This document shows positions 44,993 to 59,599 of a DNA stretch of 64,000 nt, piece after piece. The notes beneath the pieces are model-generated. The model ran no database searches. It saw only the letters and a program-made list of their open reading frames with translations, and was not told where the DNA came from. Position 1 is the stretch's first letter, and each line of letters begins with the position of its first letter. Source of the stretch: the human T2T-CHM13v2.0 reference genome, Homo sapiens; the NCBI RefSeq assembly GCF_009914755.1, contig NC_060926.1, one strand, 5' to 3'. The translations under genes and the position numbers were made by a program.

Positions 44993-46661
44993 ATCACCCA
45001 TACTTAGAAAGAATCTAGCAACTAATTATTGATTCAATGACTGGTTGTCTTTCTGGTGGTAGTTCTAAAATCTTAGGACACTTGTAGTTTTACAGACATT
45101 CTTATTGCAATAAACTCATACACACTTCTCAAACGTAGGCAACGTGACCTTTAACACTGGATATAGGAATACGTATCAAAAAGAAAACAATGTGAGATGT
45201 GAGTGATGGTACTATGTAAAGCAGCTGACTGGTTTGGACCCAAGATAATCGAAACCCCATCAAAGCCTTTCCTAATCAGAGATGTATCTTCTTCCCATTT
45301 TTGTAAATACTCATAATCTGTTTATTTACTTAGACAATATCTGGATTGAAGGGAGCCCCACCTTCAAATTTTATCAGTTTGCTTCATAACCTTAATGTTA
45401 TTTAAAGCTTTCCTTCAGGAGAATCTATTTAAAATAAAAATAATTACTTAAGAACAGTGCTTATATTTTGAGATTTTGAAAATGTAATCAGGATAGACAG
45501 CTATTACTTTGTGTTACAAATCTGAATGTGAAATTTCAGAAATCCTCCTTGCATTAAAAATGAATTAACTGTGTGATTATTAATTGTGCATATTCCAATC
45601 CCTTTGTGCTGTACTGCATGTTTCTTGAATCTCATTTGAATCCTTTGGCTAAGTAATGTGTCAAGGGGGGTACGAGCCTGAATGCCTGAGTTATTTAAAA
45701 GGCAGGACAGCACTTCCAGATTAGAATACCAATGAGTGGGGTTAAAAAGGCTCTACTGTAGTTGGAGGGCAGCTCTCAGTCTGAGAAGTACCTGAAAAGG
45801 ACCTCTATGGACTAATTTTCAGAATCACATTGTAATGTGGGCTCATGTCAATCATCAGAACAGACAGCTTCATCCCATGATATAAACTAGTTATACATTC
45901 AAGAGCTGCCAGAGGATCTTCATTAAAAAGGGACTTAGCATTAAAGGAAGAAGGGTGTTTTATTATAATACTTCAAACACAGTTTTTTGTTTTATATGTT
46001 CTCAGAATTCTTTTTTGTTCTTTGCTACAATATCAAAAAAAGTACCACAGAAGAAGGAAAACATTAAATATTCCATTTTTTAATAGGAATCAAGGAAGCT
46101 TTCTGGTTTAAGGCATTAAAATCATACACATTTTCCTAAATTTATTCATGGCTTTGAATAACAAAAAGAAATCTCTAGATGTAATAGGAGGATGTTTTTA
46201 ATCTTTTGTGGGAAGGGATTTGCAGAGCTGACTACTCAAGGTAAAATATCTACTGGCAAAGTATATCAGTGAAAGCTTTACACATATAAATTTGTATAAA
46301 ACCTTTGGGGTATCCACAAGCTTCCAGATACCAGTTAGATATTACAATTGATGTCATTAAAATTTAATATAATTGTGTTCAGAGAAAAACAGCAACAATA
46401 TCCATGTAAGTAAATCATTGACACTATAATCTAGTATTTAAAGAAAACTTAATGAGGCTTTAATAAAGTAGATCTATGTATCTTTTTACCTATATTCAAA
46501 AGTGTTATATAAATACCTTAATTTAAATATATTTGTACAAGTCAAATAACCTCTTTAAAATAATCAGCATATATACATATATATCTAGAATATCTTATTT
46601 CTATCATGAAAAAGTCAAAGCAAATGGCTTATTAAGTGAAATTGAAACAATTACATAATAA

Positions 46662-48625
46662 AATCATCTATGTTTGCAGATGATATGATTTTATATTTAG
46701 AAAACCCTCACAACACCATAAAAAACCATCAGAAATGTGAATTCAATAAGTTTTCAGGGCAAAAAATTAACACACAAAAATCAGTTACATTGTTGCACAC
46801 TAAAACTATCTGAAAAGGAAATTAAGAAACCATACAATATACCATAGCATCAGGAATAATAAAATAATTAGGAATAAACTTAACTAAGGAGGTGAAAGAC
46901 CTGTACACTAAAACATGAAATGTTAGTGAAAGTAATTAAATAAGACACAAATAAATGGAAAGATATCCTGTGTTTATGGATTAGAAGACTTAATATTGTT
47001 AAAATGGCCATATTATCCAAAGCAATCTACTGCAAATGTCAATGCAAACCCTGTCAAAATTCCAATGGCCATTTTCACAGAAACAAAAAAAAGTCCCAAA
47101 ATTTATATTGTACTACAAATGCCCCAAATAACAAAAGCAATCTTGAGAAAGAAGAACAAAGCTGAAGGCATTACAGCCTCTGATTTCAGAATATACTATA
47201 AAGCTACAGTGATTAAAACAGCATGTTACTGGCATGGCAAATATATAGACAAATGGAACTGAACAGAAAGCCCAGAAATAAACCCATGCATACACAATCA
47301 ACTGATCTTCCACAAAGGGATCAAGAGTACACAAAGAGGAAAGGTTAGCCTTTTTAACAAACGGTATTGGGAAAACTAGATATCTACATGCAAAATAATA
47401 AAATTGGGCCCTACCTTACACCACACACAAAAATCCACTGAATATGGATTAAAGACTTAAAGTAAGAGCTGAAACTATTAAACTCCTAGAAGAAAAGATA
47501 GGGGGAAATCTTCTTGACATTGGTATTGGAAATGATTTCTTGGACACAACCTCAAAGGTACAGGCAACAAAAGTAGAAATAGATGACTGAGACTATATCA
47601 AACTACAAAGCTTCTGCAGAGCAAAGAAAAAAAAGTAAAAGTAACCTATGGAATGGGAAAAATATTCATAAACCATATATCTGATCACAGGTTAATATCC
47701 AAAATGTATAAAGAATTCATATGCCTCAATAGCAAAAATACAAATAACTTGATTCAAATATAGACATAGGAAGTAATAGATGTTTATCCAAAGAAGACAT
47801 ACAAATGGCCAACAGGTATATGGAAGATGCTCAAAATCACTACTCACGTAAATGCAAATCAAAACCTCAGATGTATTATCTCACACCTATTAAGATGGCT
47901 ATTGTCCAAAAAAAAAAAAAAAAAAGATAAGATGCTGGTGAGAAACCCTTCTACATTGTTGGTTGGAGTGTAAAATAGTGCAGTCAAGATGGAAAACAGC
48001 ATGGAAGTTCCTCAAAAATAAAAATTAAAATAGAACTTATATGTAATCCAGCAATCTTACTTCTGGGTATATATCTAAAAGAATTGAAATCACTGTCTTG
48101 AAGAGCTATCTACAATCCTATGTTCATTGAAACATTATTCACAATAGCCAAGATATGGAAACAACATAGATGACCATTTAATGCGTAAATAGATAAAGAA
48201 AATGTGGTATATACATACAATGGAATATCATTCAGCCTTAAACAAGAAAGAAATCCTGCCATATGGGACAACATGGATAAAACTGGAGGACATTATGCTC
48301 TTTGAAATAAACAGTCACAGAAAGACAAATACCACATGATTCTATTTATTTGTATGAGATCTCTAAAATAGCCAAATGTATAGCAGCAGAGAGTAGAAAG
48401 AAAGGTGATTCCCAGGGGCCATGAAGAGGTGGAAATGGGAAGTTGCTATCTAATGAGTATAAAGTTTCAGTTACATGAAATGAATAAGTTCTAGACATCT
48501 GCTGTACAGCCTTGTGCCTATAATTGACAATATTGTCCAGTGCACTTAACAATTTATTAAGAGAGATGTATCTCATGTTAAGTGTTTTTCCTACAATAAA
48601 AAAGAGAAAGGAAATAGATAAATAA
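46662..48625 (+). mobile_element. L1MA-type element, ORF2 RT domain to 3' end
   Basis: tttgcagatgatatgattttatat (FADDMILY); ORF 46996..47262 [32 protein letters not shown]; L1MA-type 3' UTR; possible TSD aaacaatta. Confidence 0.9.
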
Positions 48626-50817
48626 AACAATTATACAGTCTATTGTAAATAATATATTTGCCTCATAGGCCACAAAAAGCTGTTTTCTGTCATTCACTTT
48701 TAATGAAAAGTATGCAATACTATAAATAATTTTCTCTTCTGAAACTGAAATTGCCAATTGCAGAACACATAATCTCAAATAATTCTCATTATTTTAAAGG
48801 GTTCTTGATAGAAGTATGTGTATTTACTTACAGATAACTCATTAGAAGCCACAATTTGCAACTTTTTCTTATGACACATTTATGTTGTATGTTAATTTCC
48901 AGTGCTTCTCCTCGGGAATCTACCTACAAGCAGAATCATTAAATTTACTTGTAAAAGCCAGGGAACTCTCCTGGTGGGGAAGTTCTCCCACCACCAAGAA
49001 AATAGAGCTCAATTAAAGGTCTTCTGATGCTCAAAGACCAAGTGTTTATGATGAAAGAGTATGTCAGAAGCCTCTCTCTTCATTCTACTTCTCCCATGCA
49101 ATGACTTTTATGCACAATTACTCATTTCTTTCCATCATACTCATATAAGCAGTCTCCAAAATCCATCCTTTCAATGCTTTACTATTTACGGTACTCAGAG
49201 CATTGCAGGCGATAATTTTAGCAGCCAAAATTTTGAAAAAATTGAGAATCAAATTTTTGTCTGGTCTCACAGTACTATGGAGAGGTGCAAGATGGACAAT
49301 GGAAAAAAGGAAAATTGTATATGTGTAATGCTTTTACTTTTTCTGTCTTCAGATGGCCCAACTTTGTTGCTTTATACCACTGACTAAATTGCTGTTTCAT
49401 CTATACCCATACTATCTAACAAATAATAGGAACTCATTAAACACATTTTAACAAATTTTTTAAAAATCACACAAGTAATATAATAAGGTACACGAATACA
49501 ATTTTGATAGTAATTTAAAAGATTGGCTAGTAACATGTAGAATATAGCTGCATATTAACTGCTCTTGAATTTACTGCAAAATTCAATGGCAAGAAAAGTG
49601 ATAGCTCATTAAAATCTGTTTCCATTCAAAACCTTTCAATAAATAAATCGTTTAAAAGATTAAATCCTATTCATAAGTTATATAGCTGGAATTCATAGTT
49701 ACAATTTACGATTTGTGGAGTACCTAAATAAATCAAATTTTATTCTAACTAGTTTATAATATCTAGCTTATAATAGAAAAAGTTTATGTTATACACATTA
49801 CAGTTAGATTTTCAGCTCCATAATAATGTATTTTCTGAATTTCTAAATTAATTTTCACCTTTAGAGTTAAGGGTATTTTTATGAACAAATAGTCAGTGAC
49901 TAAATTAAAATATTTTCCTAAGTTATTATATTACACTTTCATGTTTCAATATATTGAAATAATTTTGACTTTAAAAATATTAGTTTATTAGCATATTATC
50001 TTTATTCTTGTCTATTTTTCCCTATTCAAACTTCTAAAGAAAAATGAGATAAAAAATACAATCTTAACACTTAGTGATTCTGTTCTACATTCCATCTATC
50101 ATCATATGGGCTCTATCAAAACTCTTTTAACTCTGATACATAGATCTGATACCTGAACTTCAGTTGCTAGGAAAGTATATATCTTGAAGGCCATGGCATT
50201 TTCATCATTAACATAATACGCATACTGGTCAATCTGAAATTTTAAATAAACAGTTCAAGAACTATTGTCTTTAGCATTAGAAATGAACCAAAGTCTTATA
50301 TCATGTAAATAAAAAACATTTTGAATACCAATGGCTCAGTTTATTATATGATTGCATCTTCCAAGAACATTTCAATGCGTTTTCTTTGTTCCTGTAGAGC
50401 TTCTGTCTCCTGTTTTAGTACTCTGGCCTCTCCTTATGAATTACTGTTATGAAATAAAAGCTATAAGAGGAATGAATCTATTCACTTTCCAATTATTTAA
50501 ATGACACAGCCAAAACCTGGCCAACACGAAAATAATGCAACTGACTTTTATGAATCTTGGGATGATATCACGAGCATACTTCTGAGTTTGTCTGGATTTG
50601 TGAAAAGAGGCCAGTATTTGCAGAAGTTACACAATGTGTTGAAATACATGATTGGATCAGTGCAGATTAAAATTCCCACTAGAGGAAGGAAGAGCCTGAA
50701 TGCCTTTATTCCATGTATGATGCATTTATAAAATATCATATAATATGTACTTCATATTATATGTGTGAGTGCATGCGTGTGTGTGTGTTTAAATGTGTTT
50801 GTGTGGGTGATTTATAG

Positions 50818-51141
<324 letters not shown>

Positions 51142-54100
51142 AGGTAGATATTTCTTAATCTCTGATTTCTGAAGCACTTTCTTGGTATATACTAGACACG
51201 ATTAATTTTGAGTAAAATTATATTTTTCCTGCAACAAAAGAAACACACATATATATACACATTTATTTTAGGAGAACCATATAAGTATGTGTTTTTTATG
51301 TGTGTAAGTGCATATAAACTTTATATATAGAGAGATTACAAACATACAGACATTTTAAGTTAAATAAATATGATATATTAAATAATTATGTGGTCAAAAA
51401 CACCAGTAGTTTCCAAAAATTAGGATGTAGGAAGCAAACCAAAATATGTTCATGTTTACTCGTGTGTCCTTGTGTGCCTACCATAAAAATATTTCCAAAA
51501 ACTTCACTGTCACAAATTAGAAAGGAAAAAATAGAGGACAGAGGTAGGAAGGGAGAGACAGACACCGAAGCAAATAAATATAAACATTGCTGAAACAGTC
51601 TGACAAGACTTTCCTGGACTTCAGGAGATTTTAGATGATAGTATTCAAAAAAAAATGGGTTCCATGGAGCAGCAGTGAAGACACCATCAACAGCCACTTC
51701 AGACATTTCAGATAGAGCTTTTCTCTGAGGATGGAAAAAAGTGGAAAGTAAAATGCTACTAGAGGCATCAGGACTTAGAAAGTTTTCTCCGCTTTATAGA
51801 TTGATGGCCAAGTTGAAAGAATGTGCAGCAAGGTGAGAATCTGGCTGGTGAAACAAAAACCCAAGGAAAGGCAGTCAATAAAAGGGTGGGTAGCTGGGCA
51901 GTTGTATGATTAGCAACTTTGAAGTTAAATGGCATTTTGCAATTCACTGTGAAAAAGAGAACAAAAAACGCTGAGACTGAACAAGAAGAATCTCAAAAGA
52001 ATTATCCATTTATAAATGTGCCTACAGAAAAACTGAACATATAAAAAGTACCAGGCTTCAAGTCTGATTATACTTCATCACAGTCTCCAGATCAAAAGTG
52101 AAACATTGTTTAATCTTCTATAGACATTTTTTTTGCATGTGAGTAATACAGTTGAAAACACTTAAGAGCTTTTTAAAACCTAAACATCTGGTATAGTGTC
52201 AATTTTTCCTTAAGTCAAAAAACAGTATATCATACTAATAAGGCTCTTTTAAAATTATTATCTCCAAAGATACCTTTTCTAAACTTAGGAACAGAGGAAG
52301 TGATGAAGATGAATTTCATGCTCCTGGAATTATTCTTTTGTGCTCTAAAGGACAGATGTAAACTGTGACATATTTATTTGTTTATGTAAGATGTGTGTAT
52401 TTATTTATTTGGACTATGTCAACACAATGGTATGAAAATATATGTAAGTACTACTCTTGTAAATAAGTGGCTGGATTTTATTTTTCACCTTTTGTGAAGT
52501 GGCCAAATTTGCTTTGTGTTTTGATTATTTTGGGGAGATTGTATTCTCACCTAATCAATGAAATTGATCATACTAACCAAATATGGACTGAAAAAAGTAG
52601 TTACTGTCCTCTTTTTTATTTCATTGCAAAAAACATGGTTATACTCAACTTCCCTTTAACAGGAAAATACAATATAATATATGTCTCAAATATTTAAGTC
52701 AACTATGACAATGTACTTTGAAAAGAATGTTTTTCAAATTATAGCATTGTGGTTTCCCATAATTCTACTGGGACAGGGCTGCTATTTAAAGAAACTCTGT
52801 GGTTTGAGAAATGACGATATGACAAAGAAATGTACACAATCCTGAAGGGAACCAAAAGGACAGATGCTGCAGGCTATCTGAGCTTCTGTTAAATATGAGA
52901 ACCAAGGGGCATGAACTTAAGCTAGAGAATAGCCTAGCACTAAAAACTACTTCAAACTCTTTTTGCAATTGCCCTTTGCAGAATAAACAGCCCAGAAAAA
53001 TATAACAAGCAACATACACAGCAAGAAGGTAGACGAGTGGCCGTGGACAGTGCAATGGGCAACTTAATGAATAGAAAATCTTCTGTATTCTATTTTTCAG
53101 GTTAAGCAATGTATATTAATGCTTCTAAAATTGTTGCTTTTGTTACAGGAATAATTTCATGAATATTTTAGGAGTTTAAAAATCACACTTTTAAAGGCCA
53201 AATATTTCATCTATAAAAAATTTGTGGCTAATGGAACACCTTTTGGAAATCATCAAGAAATAAAAAATGTTTCTATCTGGTAAAATTGTTTCTACATACA
53301 TATGATTGTTATAATTTTTATTTTTAAAACCCTATACAGTTTAAGTCCTCAAATTTAATCCACCTATTAAAAGCAAAGCTTTTAAAAAGTAGCCTGTTAT
53401 TCAATTCCATTCCTCTTAAAAAGTATCCATACAGCAGGGAATGTTAGGGAGTTAACAAAATAAAGCATTATCTTCACCTTGTGAAAGAAACATATAGGAA
53501 AGCATCAGGAATCACAACTTTTTAGACTTGTGATAGCTGGACAGGGTCTTAGAATGGACTCCTCTCATTTTAGAGACTTAAAAATAGAGATGTAAAATAT
53601 TCTACTTCTAGTTTTGTGATTGGAACATTCAAATTCCCAATCCATCATTTTTTTCCTTTCATTAAATATGATGAGACATACAGTGTTCTTACTTCACTGC
53701 CTGGCACAGAGATAGTGCCTAATAATTGCTGCTAATGCTATATAATAGACAGCAACAGATAGACATGAATATACACATAGATGGATACACAAATGCATAC
53801 ACAAATGTTGAGGGTAAGAAAAGAGGTGAAGTGGAGTTACAAGGTAGGGTTAATGAGTTTGGGGCTATTTTCCAAAAGTATTTAGACTTTCCTTTAAATA
53901 ATCAAGCAATTGCTCTTTTTGGTAATTCAACACTAACCCAGCTTGCAACTTATTCTTCCACCTTGATGAACACAGAATTTGCTTCGATACCTACTTATTA
54001 TTATTATATATCAGACTAGGTGCTTTTCTGAAGAAGAGACCATGTCTTTTATCTTTGTACACCAATATCCCCTCACATAATAGGCTCTTAATAAAAGGTG

Positions 54101-57038
54101 CTCCATAAAGGAAAACTTTATGGCAAATAGGCAATCATAAAGTAACAGGAAAATTCTAACTCAGAAAACTCGAAGGTGAATACTAAGGAAGTGTTTTTCA
54201 CAAATGAGGAAATGCAGATTGCACTCCTCACACCCTTGCAAATGTTTTGCCTATAGTTATGGACACAGATAAGTTATTCATGACTGTTTTGGGGGCCGAA
54301 ATTTATCTTCTGGTACAAATGAATGTGTTTGTGGGCAGGTTCTCCCTGGTCTCTCATTAGTTGTCAAGAGTGACCTAAGGTTTTTAACCTTAAGGACAGA
54401 GTCTTTCATTTACATAGTTTTGTCCTGATCTCTGTCCTAATACAGTTCGCCTTGTTTGACTATCCAGCTCGCCTGCCTGGGAGTATAGGTGAGCGAGGGA
54501 AAAAACCTAATTAAGCTAGTTTATACATTTTAACAGGTCTGGAAAATGGTAGAGTTAATGGCCGCAAACCATTTTCAATACTTTAGTCAAGGAATCTTTT
54601 TTTTTTCATTTATAAAATGTGCCTATGGGAAGGAAGGAAAGGAAGAGGCCTGTGAATTCAGCCTCTCATATCCCTTTGCAGTGGCTGTTCAGCCAGTGCA
54701 TTAGTGAGGAGGGAGAAAGGATAATAGGATCAGTAATTGGCAGGGCTGTCCAACTACACCTCTCCTCTCTCCCACCACTTGGCCCTGCCCAATTTATCTC
54801 TTCCATAGCCCCGTGATGCCTTGTCTCTTCACCAAACTTTTACAAAGTTGCCCCCTGTATCTGGTGGCTTGTTATGTAAGGATTTTTCATCAAAGCTTCA
54901 ACCTGAATGTTCTTCCACTTGTTAAACCAATATTAAAACAAGAAAGAACCCCTAGTTTAAAGCGTCCGTGTTGCTAGTCCCCCAGCTGGATGGCCACTGC
55001 CAAAGGTAAGTGGTGAGGGAAAAGTATAATTAAAACTTAACTTTCAAATAGATCGCATAGTTTATACCTGGCAAGAAGCACTTTTCGCCACGTGAACTTT
55101 CAGGTGGCTGTTCTGAACAAAATAGGTGCTGATTCCTTTTATGTGAAACGCTTAAGATAACTTTAACATGGTCCTTTGCAGTTTAATTTATCATAAATTC
55201 TGGCACCATTTATCACTAAATGCAAAATGATGAAGAAATGGCTCTATTAAATCGGAATAACTACTGTATTAAAAAGCTGTTAAATGAGTTGAAGCACATA
55301 GCACTGTTAACAATATGTGGAAGTGTGTTTGGCTGGAATAAATTACTTTCACAGTAATCACTTGAAGAGTCTACCTTTAAAGAAATATGTTGAAAATTTC
55401 ACATCTTGATTCCCTGACTATATCCACATGCATTGCTAATGTACTTTTAAATTGACTTCACAGAGAATGTGAGAAATGGCTCCTCTGAAATTCTTAGGTA
55501 TCAAAACAAAATTTTTCTATTTAAAACTCGAGGAAAAGAAGACATTAAAATAGGCATGTAAATATAATAACAGATCCAATTAAGATATATTGTATTTTCC
55601 CACTCTTAATCTTTCTAGAAATGGCTTGGCAATATTTTTATGTAATCTGGCATGGTAACTTTTCAACAACAGCTCTCCCAATACAAGTATTTTAGCACAG
55701 CCTATGCATAGCACTTTTAAAAATAAGAAGCAGATTGGCTTAAACATCTAGTGGATTGATTTGTATTTTAAGAAATTATTTGGCAATTACAAGCAGAAGG
55801 ATTGTTAAAAGAAAGGCTCTATCACATAATCTGTATGCATTTATACTCTGAATAGCATTAACAAAAATGGCTTACATAACAAGACATTTACACATTTCAG
55901 AATATAGTATCTGAAATTTGTAGAGTCTAGACTTTTACAAAATCATTCCTAGCATCTGCACTAATGGAGTACTGTTGCCCAAATAGGTCCCCTTGCAGTG
56001 TTTTAGCAGATAGTGATGACGTTCTTAATCCTTACCCTCATGAGGGCACTTTGTAATGTCTTTAATTACCACCCTGGTATTGTGATTAGAAACAAAGACA
56101 TTTCAATAATAGTGTTCTATTGCATGTTTAGAGATATTTCAGTGTGAAGTCTTTAATAGAGAGGATTTGTGAATGAACTTAATTAGCCCTGTTAAAAACA
56201 TCCAGCAGATAGCAATCTCATGTCCACAGAGAGGGCTGTGCCATGGCATGGAGGCAGGTTCCTTGGGGACACTCCTTCTCTATGAAAAGCAAAGGAACTA
56301 TTGTTAAAGGAGATACAAGTTTGTTTATATCTTGACCAAATACAATATCTGGCTTATAGAAAGCAGTTTATTCAACCACTCTCAAAGTCAACCAGGTTAT
56401 GTTGTCTTGCTGGATTTACAAAAATATCTATGGACAAATGCTAATTTACACACACTGACACACACACACCCCCCACACAAAGACACATTTTTTGATTCCA
56501 AGGTCGTAAAGACATGCCTTTGTCTTTATTTCTGTCTCTTTTTTAAAGAAACAATATAACTATGTAGAGAAGAAAGTATACATCAATAATGTCTATTTAT
56601 ATGATATCAGTTTCTATCTTCTCTTTTGTCTTCTCATGTACCCCTCTTCATCTTCCATTCTGCCAGCCCATCTCCCCTAGGAAGGGAGCTTGATAGTCTG
56701 TAGGCTATTATGTGGAGTAAACAGAGAGGTAAAGACAGACAAAACAGAAATTAAAACATTGAGTGGTGGGAGTAGAATACTTATCTTCTGAGTGAAAAGA
56801 ATTTTACCTAATTCTTTAACAGCTAAAAGAGACTTTAGGCAGGCCTTAGCGACTGTAAGTTTTTGGAATACTTGTGAACTTTGAATTTGGTACCCAAATA
56901 ATTTTCTGCCCTCTAATTTTATTTTCTCTGGAAATGCTTTCTGCTTGAGATGTGGTCTTTCACTCTAAAAAGCTAAGAAGCTTCAGGAAAGGGCCAGATA
57001 AGAGAAAGCTGTTGAGTTTGGTACTAAATTTAAAGCTG

Positions 57039-57066
<28 letters not shown>
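57039..57066. repeat. T28 homopolymer
   Basis: Read directly. Confidence 0.95.
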
Positions 57067-57069
<3 letters not shown>

Positions 57070-57333
57070 TACTTCTTTGTTTTCTTAGGTTTCTAGTGCA
57101 GCTTTTTGTTTGAGATTAATGGGAAAAAGACAGATAATGATTCATTGGTAGTAATCTATCCAGGATTAAAAATTAAGCATTTGTCAAGGGTCTTCCTTAT
57201 GCTGTGATGCTGAGTATGTGTTTATCAGATGAAAAATAATGGAACCTTGGACGCTGAGGGATTTAGTTAAGGGACACCATCCAAACTAGAAACCTGGAGT
57301 CATCTTCTATTTCCCTCTTTTAGTTATCCTATT

Positions 57334-57888
57334 AGTGATAGAAAAAATTCTAACAATAACCCCTAAGACTCCTGCCCCCTAGTTATTTGGTCAAACATTA
57401 ATCTAGGAACTTCTGTGATGGGACGTTGAAGATGGAATTAAGGTTACTAATCAGGTGATGTTAAAATAGGGAGATGATCCTGGATGATCCAGGAGGATCC
57501 ATGCAATCACATGGGCCATTATAAACAGAAGAGGAAGTCAGAAGAGCCAGTGAGAGAGATGAGGCAGTGTGAGAAGAATCTGATGTTTTTTGGTTTTGAG
57601 ATGTAGGGGGCTACAGATAAGGATGAGAAGGAGGCTGAGAGTAGCTTAGGACAGTGCCCAGATGAGAGCAAGAAACGACTTAGGACTGGACCGAGTGAAC
57701 AACCTAAATGAGCCTGGAAACAATTTTCTCATAAAGCCCCCAGCCCTGTGGACACCTTGATTTCAGCCTTGTGAGACCCAGTTAAGCCCATTGAATTTCT
57801 ACCTACAGAACTACAAGATAACAAATGAGTATTGTTTCAGCTGCTAAATTTGTGATAATTTGTTATGACAGCAATAGCAATCTAACAT
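57334..57888 (+). mobile_element. MLT1 (D/E-type) MaLR solo LTR inserted in L2
   Basis: gatggaattaaggttactaatcag...aaatagggagatgatcctggat; end gctgctaaatttgtgataatttgttatgacagcaatagcaatctaaca. Confidence 0.85.
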
Positions 57889-58637
57889 AGTCTTCCATCT
57901 AGTCTGACATTAAGTCTTGTCTATTCGGTCTCCTTAACTTCTAGAATCTCTCCTTTCTCCTCCCTGCTCATTGCCACTATGCCATTCAACTTTCATAATG
58001 CCTTTCCTGCGTTAGCAAAACACTCCTATAAGGTTTCTCCTTTTTCTCTTCCTTTATCCTCAATCTAGTCACCTTAGCGCTGCAAGGATAATCTTTTCAA
58101 AACAGAAATCTTGGCTATTATGTCAAGATGGTTGATTTCCTGCACACATTTTCTCTTCAACCCTCCAAGATCCAATTGAAATCATACTAGATACTTAAAG
58201 GCATAAACCAATCACACATAAAAACAAAATGGGAGACAAGCATATGAGTGAAAAACCAATTTCAAATGCCTCCCCCCCAAAAAAATTTGCAAAGTGGAAA
58301 GCAGATAGATAACTGGTGACTCATAAAGCAGGACCAGCAAAATCACTGCTTAGATCCATGCAGAGGGTACACAGCCAGAAAAAAGAGTCCATAAGTCCAG
58401 CAAAACTTGAAAGGGAAACTTGGGGTTTAAAAAGGCAAAGAATGACTGGGGACAAAAATGAACAAGAACTTGAAATCAAGAGGTCTAATGGAAAGTCAAT
58501 AAACATAACAATTAAATTGTCACTTCTCCTCCCACTTCTGTGCACAGAACTGAAGCAACCAGATGTTTAAACCCCAGGAAAAAAGAAAACAAAAGAAGAA
58601 TGAAACAAATGTTCACTTAAAGAAAATGAACAAATGA

Positions 58638-58931
58638 GGCCGAGAGCAGTGGCTCACGCCTGTAATCCCAGCACTTTGGGAGGCTGAGGCGGGCGAATCA
58701 CGAGGTCAGGAGTTCGAGACCAGCCTGGCCAACATGGTGAAACCCCATCTCTACTAAAAATACAAAAATTAGCTGGTCATGATGGCGGGCACCTGTAGTC
58801 CCAGCTATTCAGGAGGCTGAGGCAGGAGAATCACTTGAATCCGGGAGGCAGAGGTTATAGTGAGCCGAGATCATGTCACTGCACTCCAGCCCAGGCAACA
58901 GTGCAAGACTCTGAAAAAAAAAAAAAAAAAA
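58638..58931 (+). mobile_element. AluS (Sg-like)
   Basis: atcacgaggtcaggagttcgagaccagcctggccaacatgg; TSD agaaaatgaacaaa at 58621-58634 and 59047-59060. Confidence 0.92.
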
Positions 58932-58946
58932 GAGAAAAGAAAGAAA

Positions 58947-59011
<65 letters not shown>

Positions 59012-59050
59012 GAAAGAAAGAAAGAAGAAGAAAGAAAGAAAGAAAGAGAA
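58932..59050 (+). repeat. (GAAA)n compound STR derived from the Alu tail
   Basis: Read directly; lies inside the Alu TSD pair. Confidence 0.95.
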
Positions 59051-59283
59051 AATGAACAAACTATGTATGTATTGAAGCTAGGTTAGCTGTGCAGACCTTC
59101 AGAGCACAGAACAAGGGCATTTTTATTTTGTAGTGCAGGATGTGTGCCCAGAGTAATAGCTGACTCATTGACAACTCCCTGTGTAGTGAAGTCTGACAAT
59201 GGAAAAGTAGATTTTTTTCCTCATTTCATTCTTAACTATGAATAAGCTACTAAGGACCACCAGATATTTGATCAAATTCTTCA

Positions 59284-59592
<309 letters not shown>

Positions 59593-59599
59593 GGAATAT

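Noticed and set aside
48960-48990. Small hairpin gggaact...agttctccc as a structured RNA
   Set aside because: Stem too short and imperfect; no tRNA, snRNA, Y RNA or miRNA features recognised here or elsewhere in the window
58835-59086. Lys/Glu/Arg-rich or Phe/Ser-rich ORFs
   Set aside because: Translations of the (GAAA)n Alu tail
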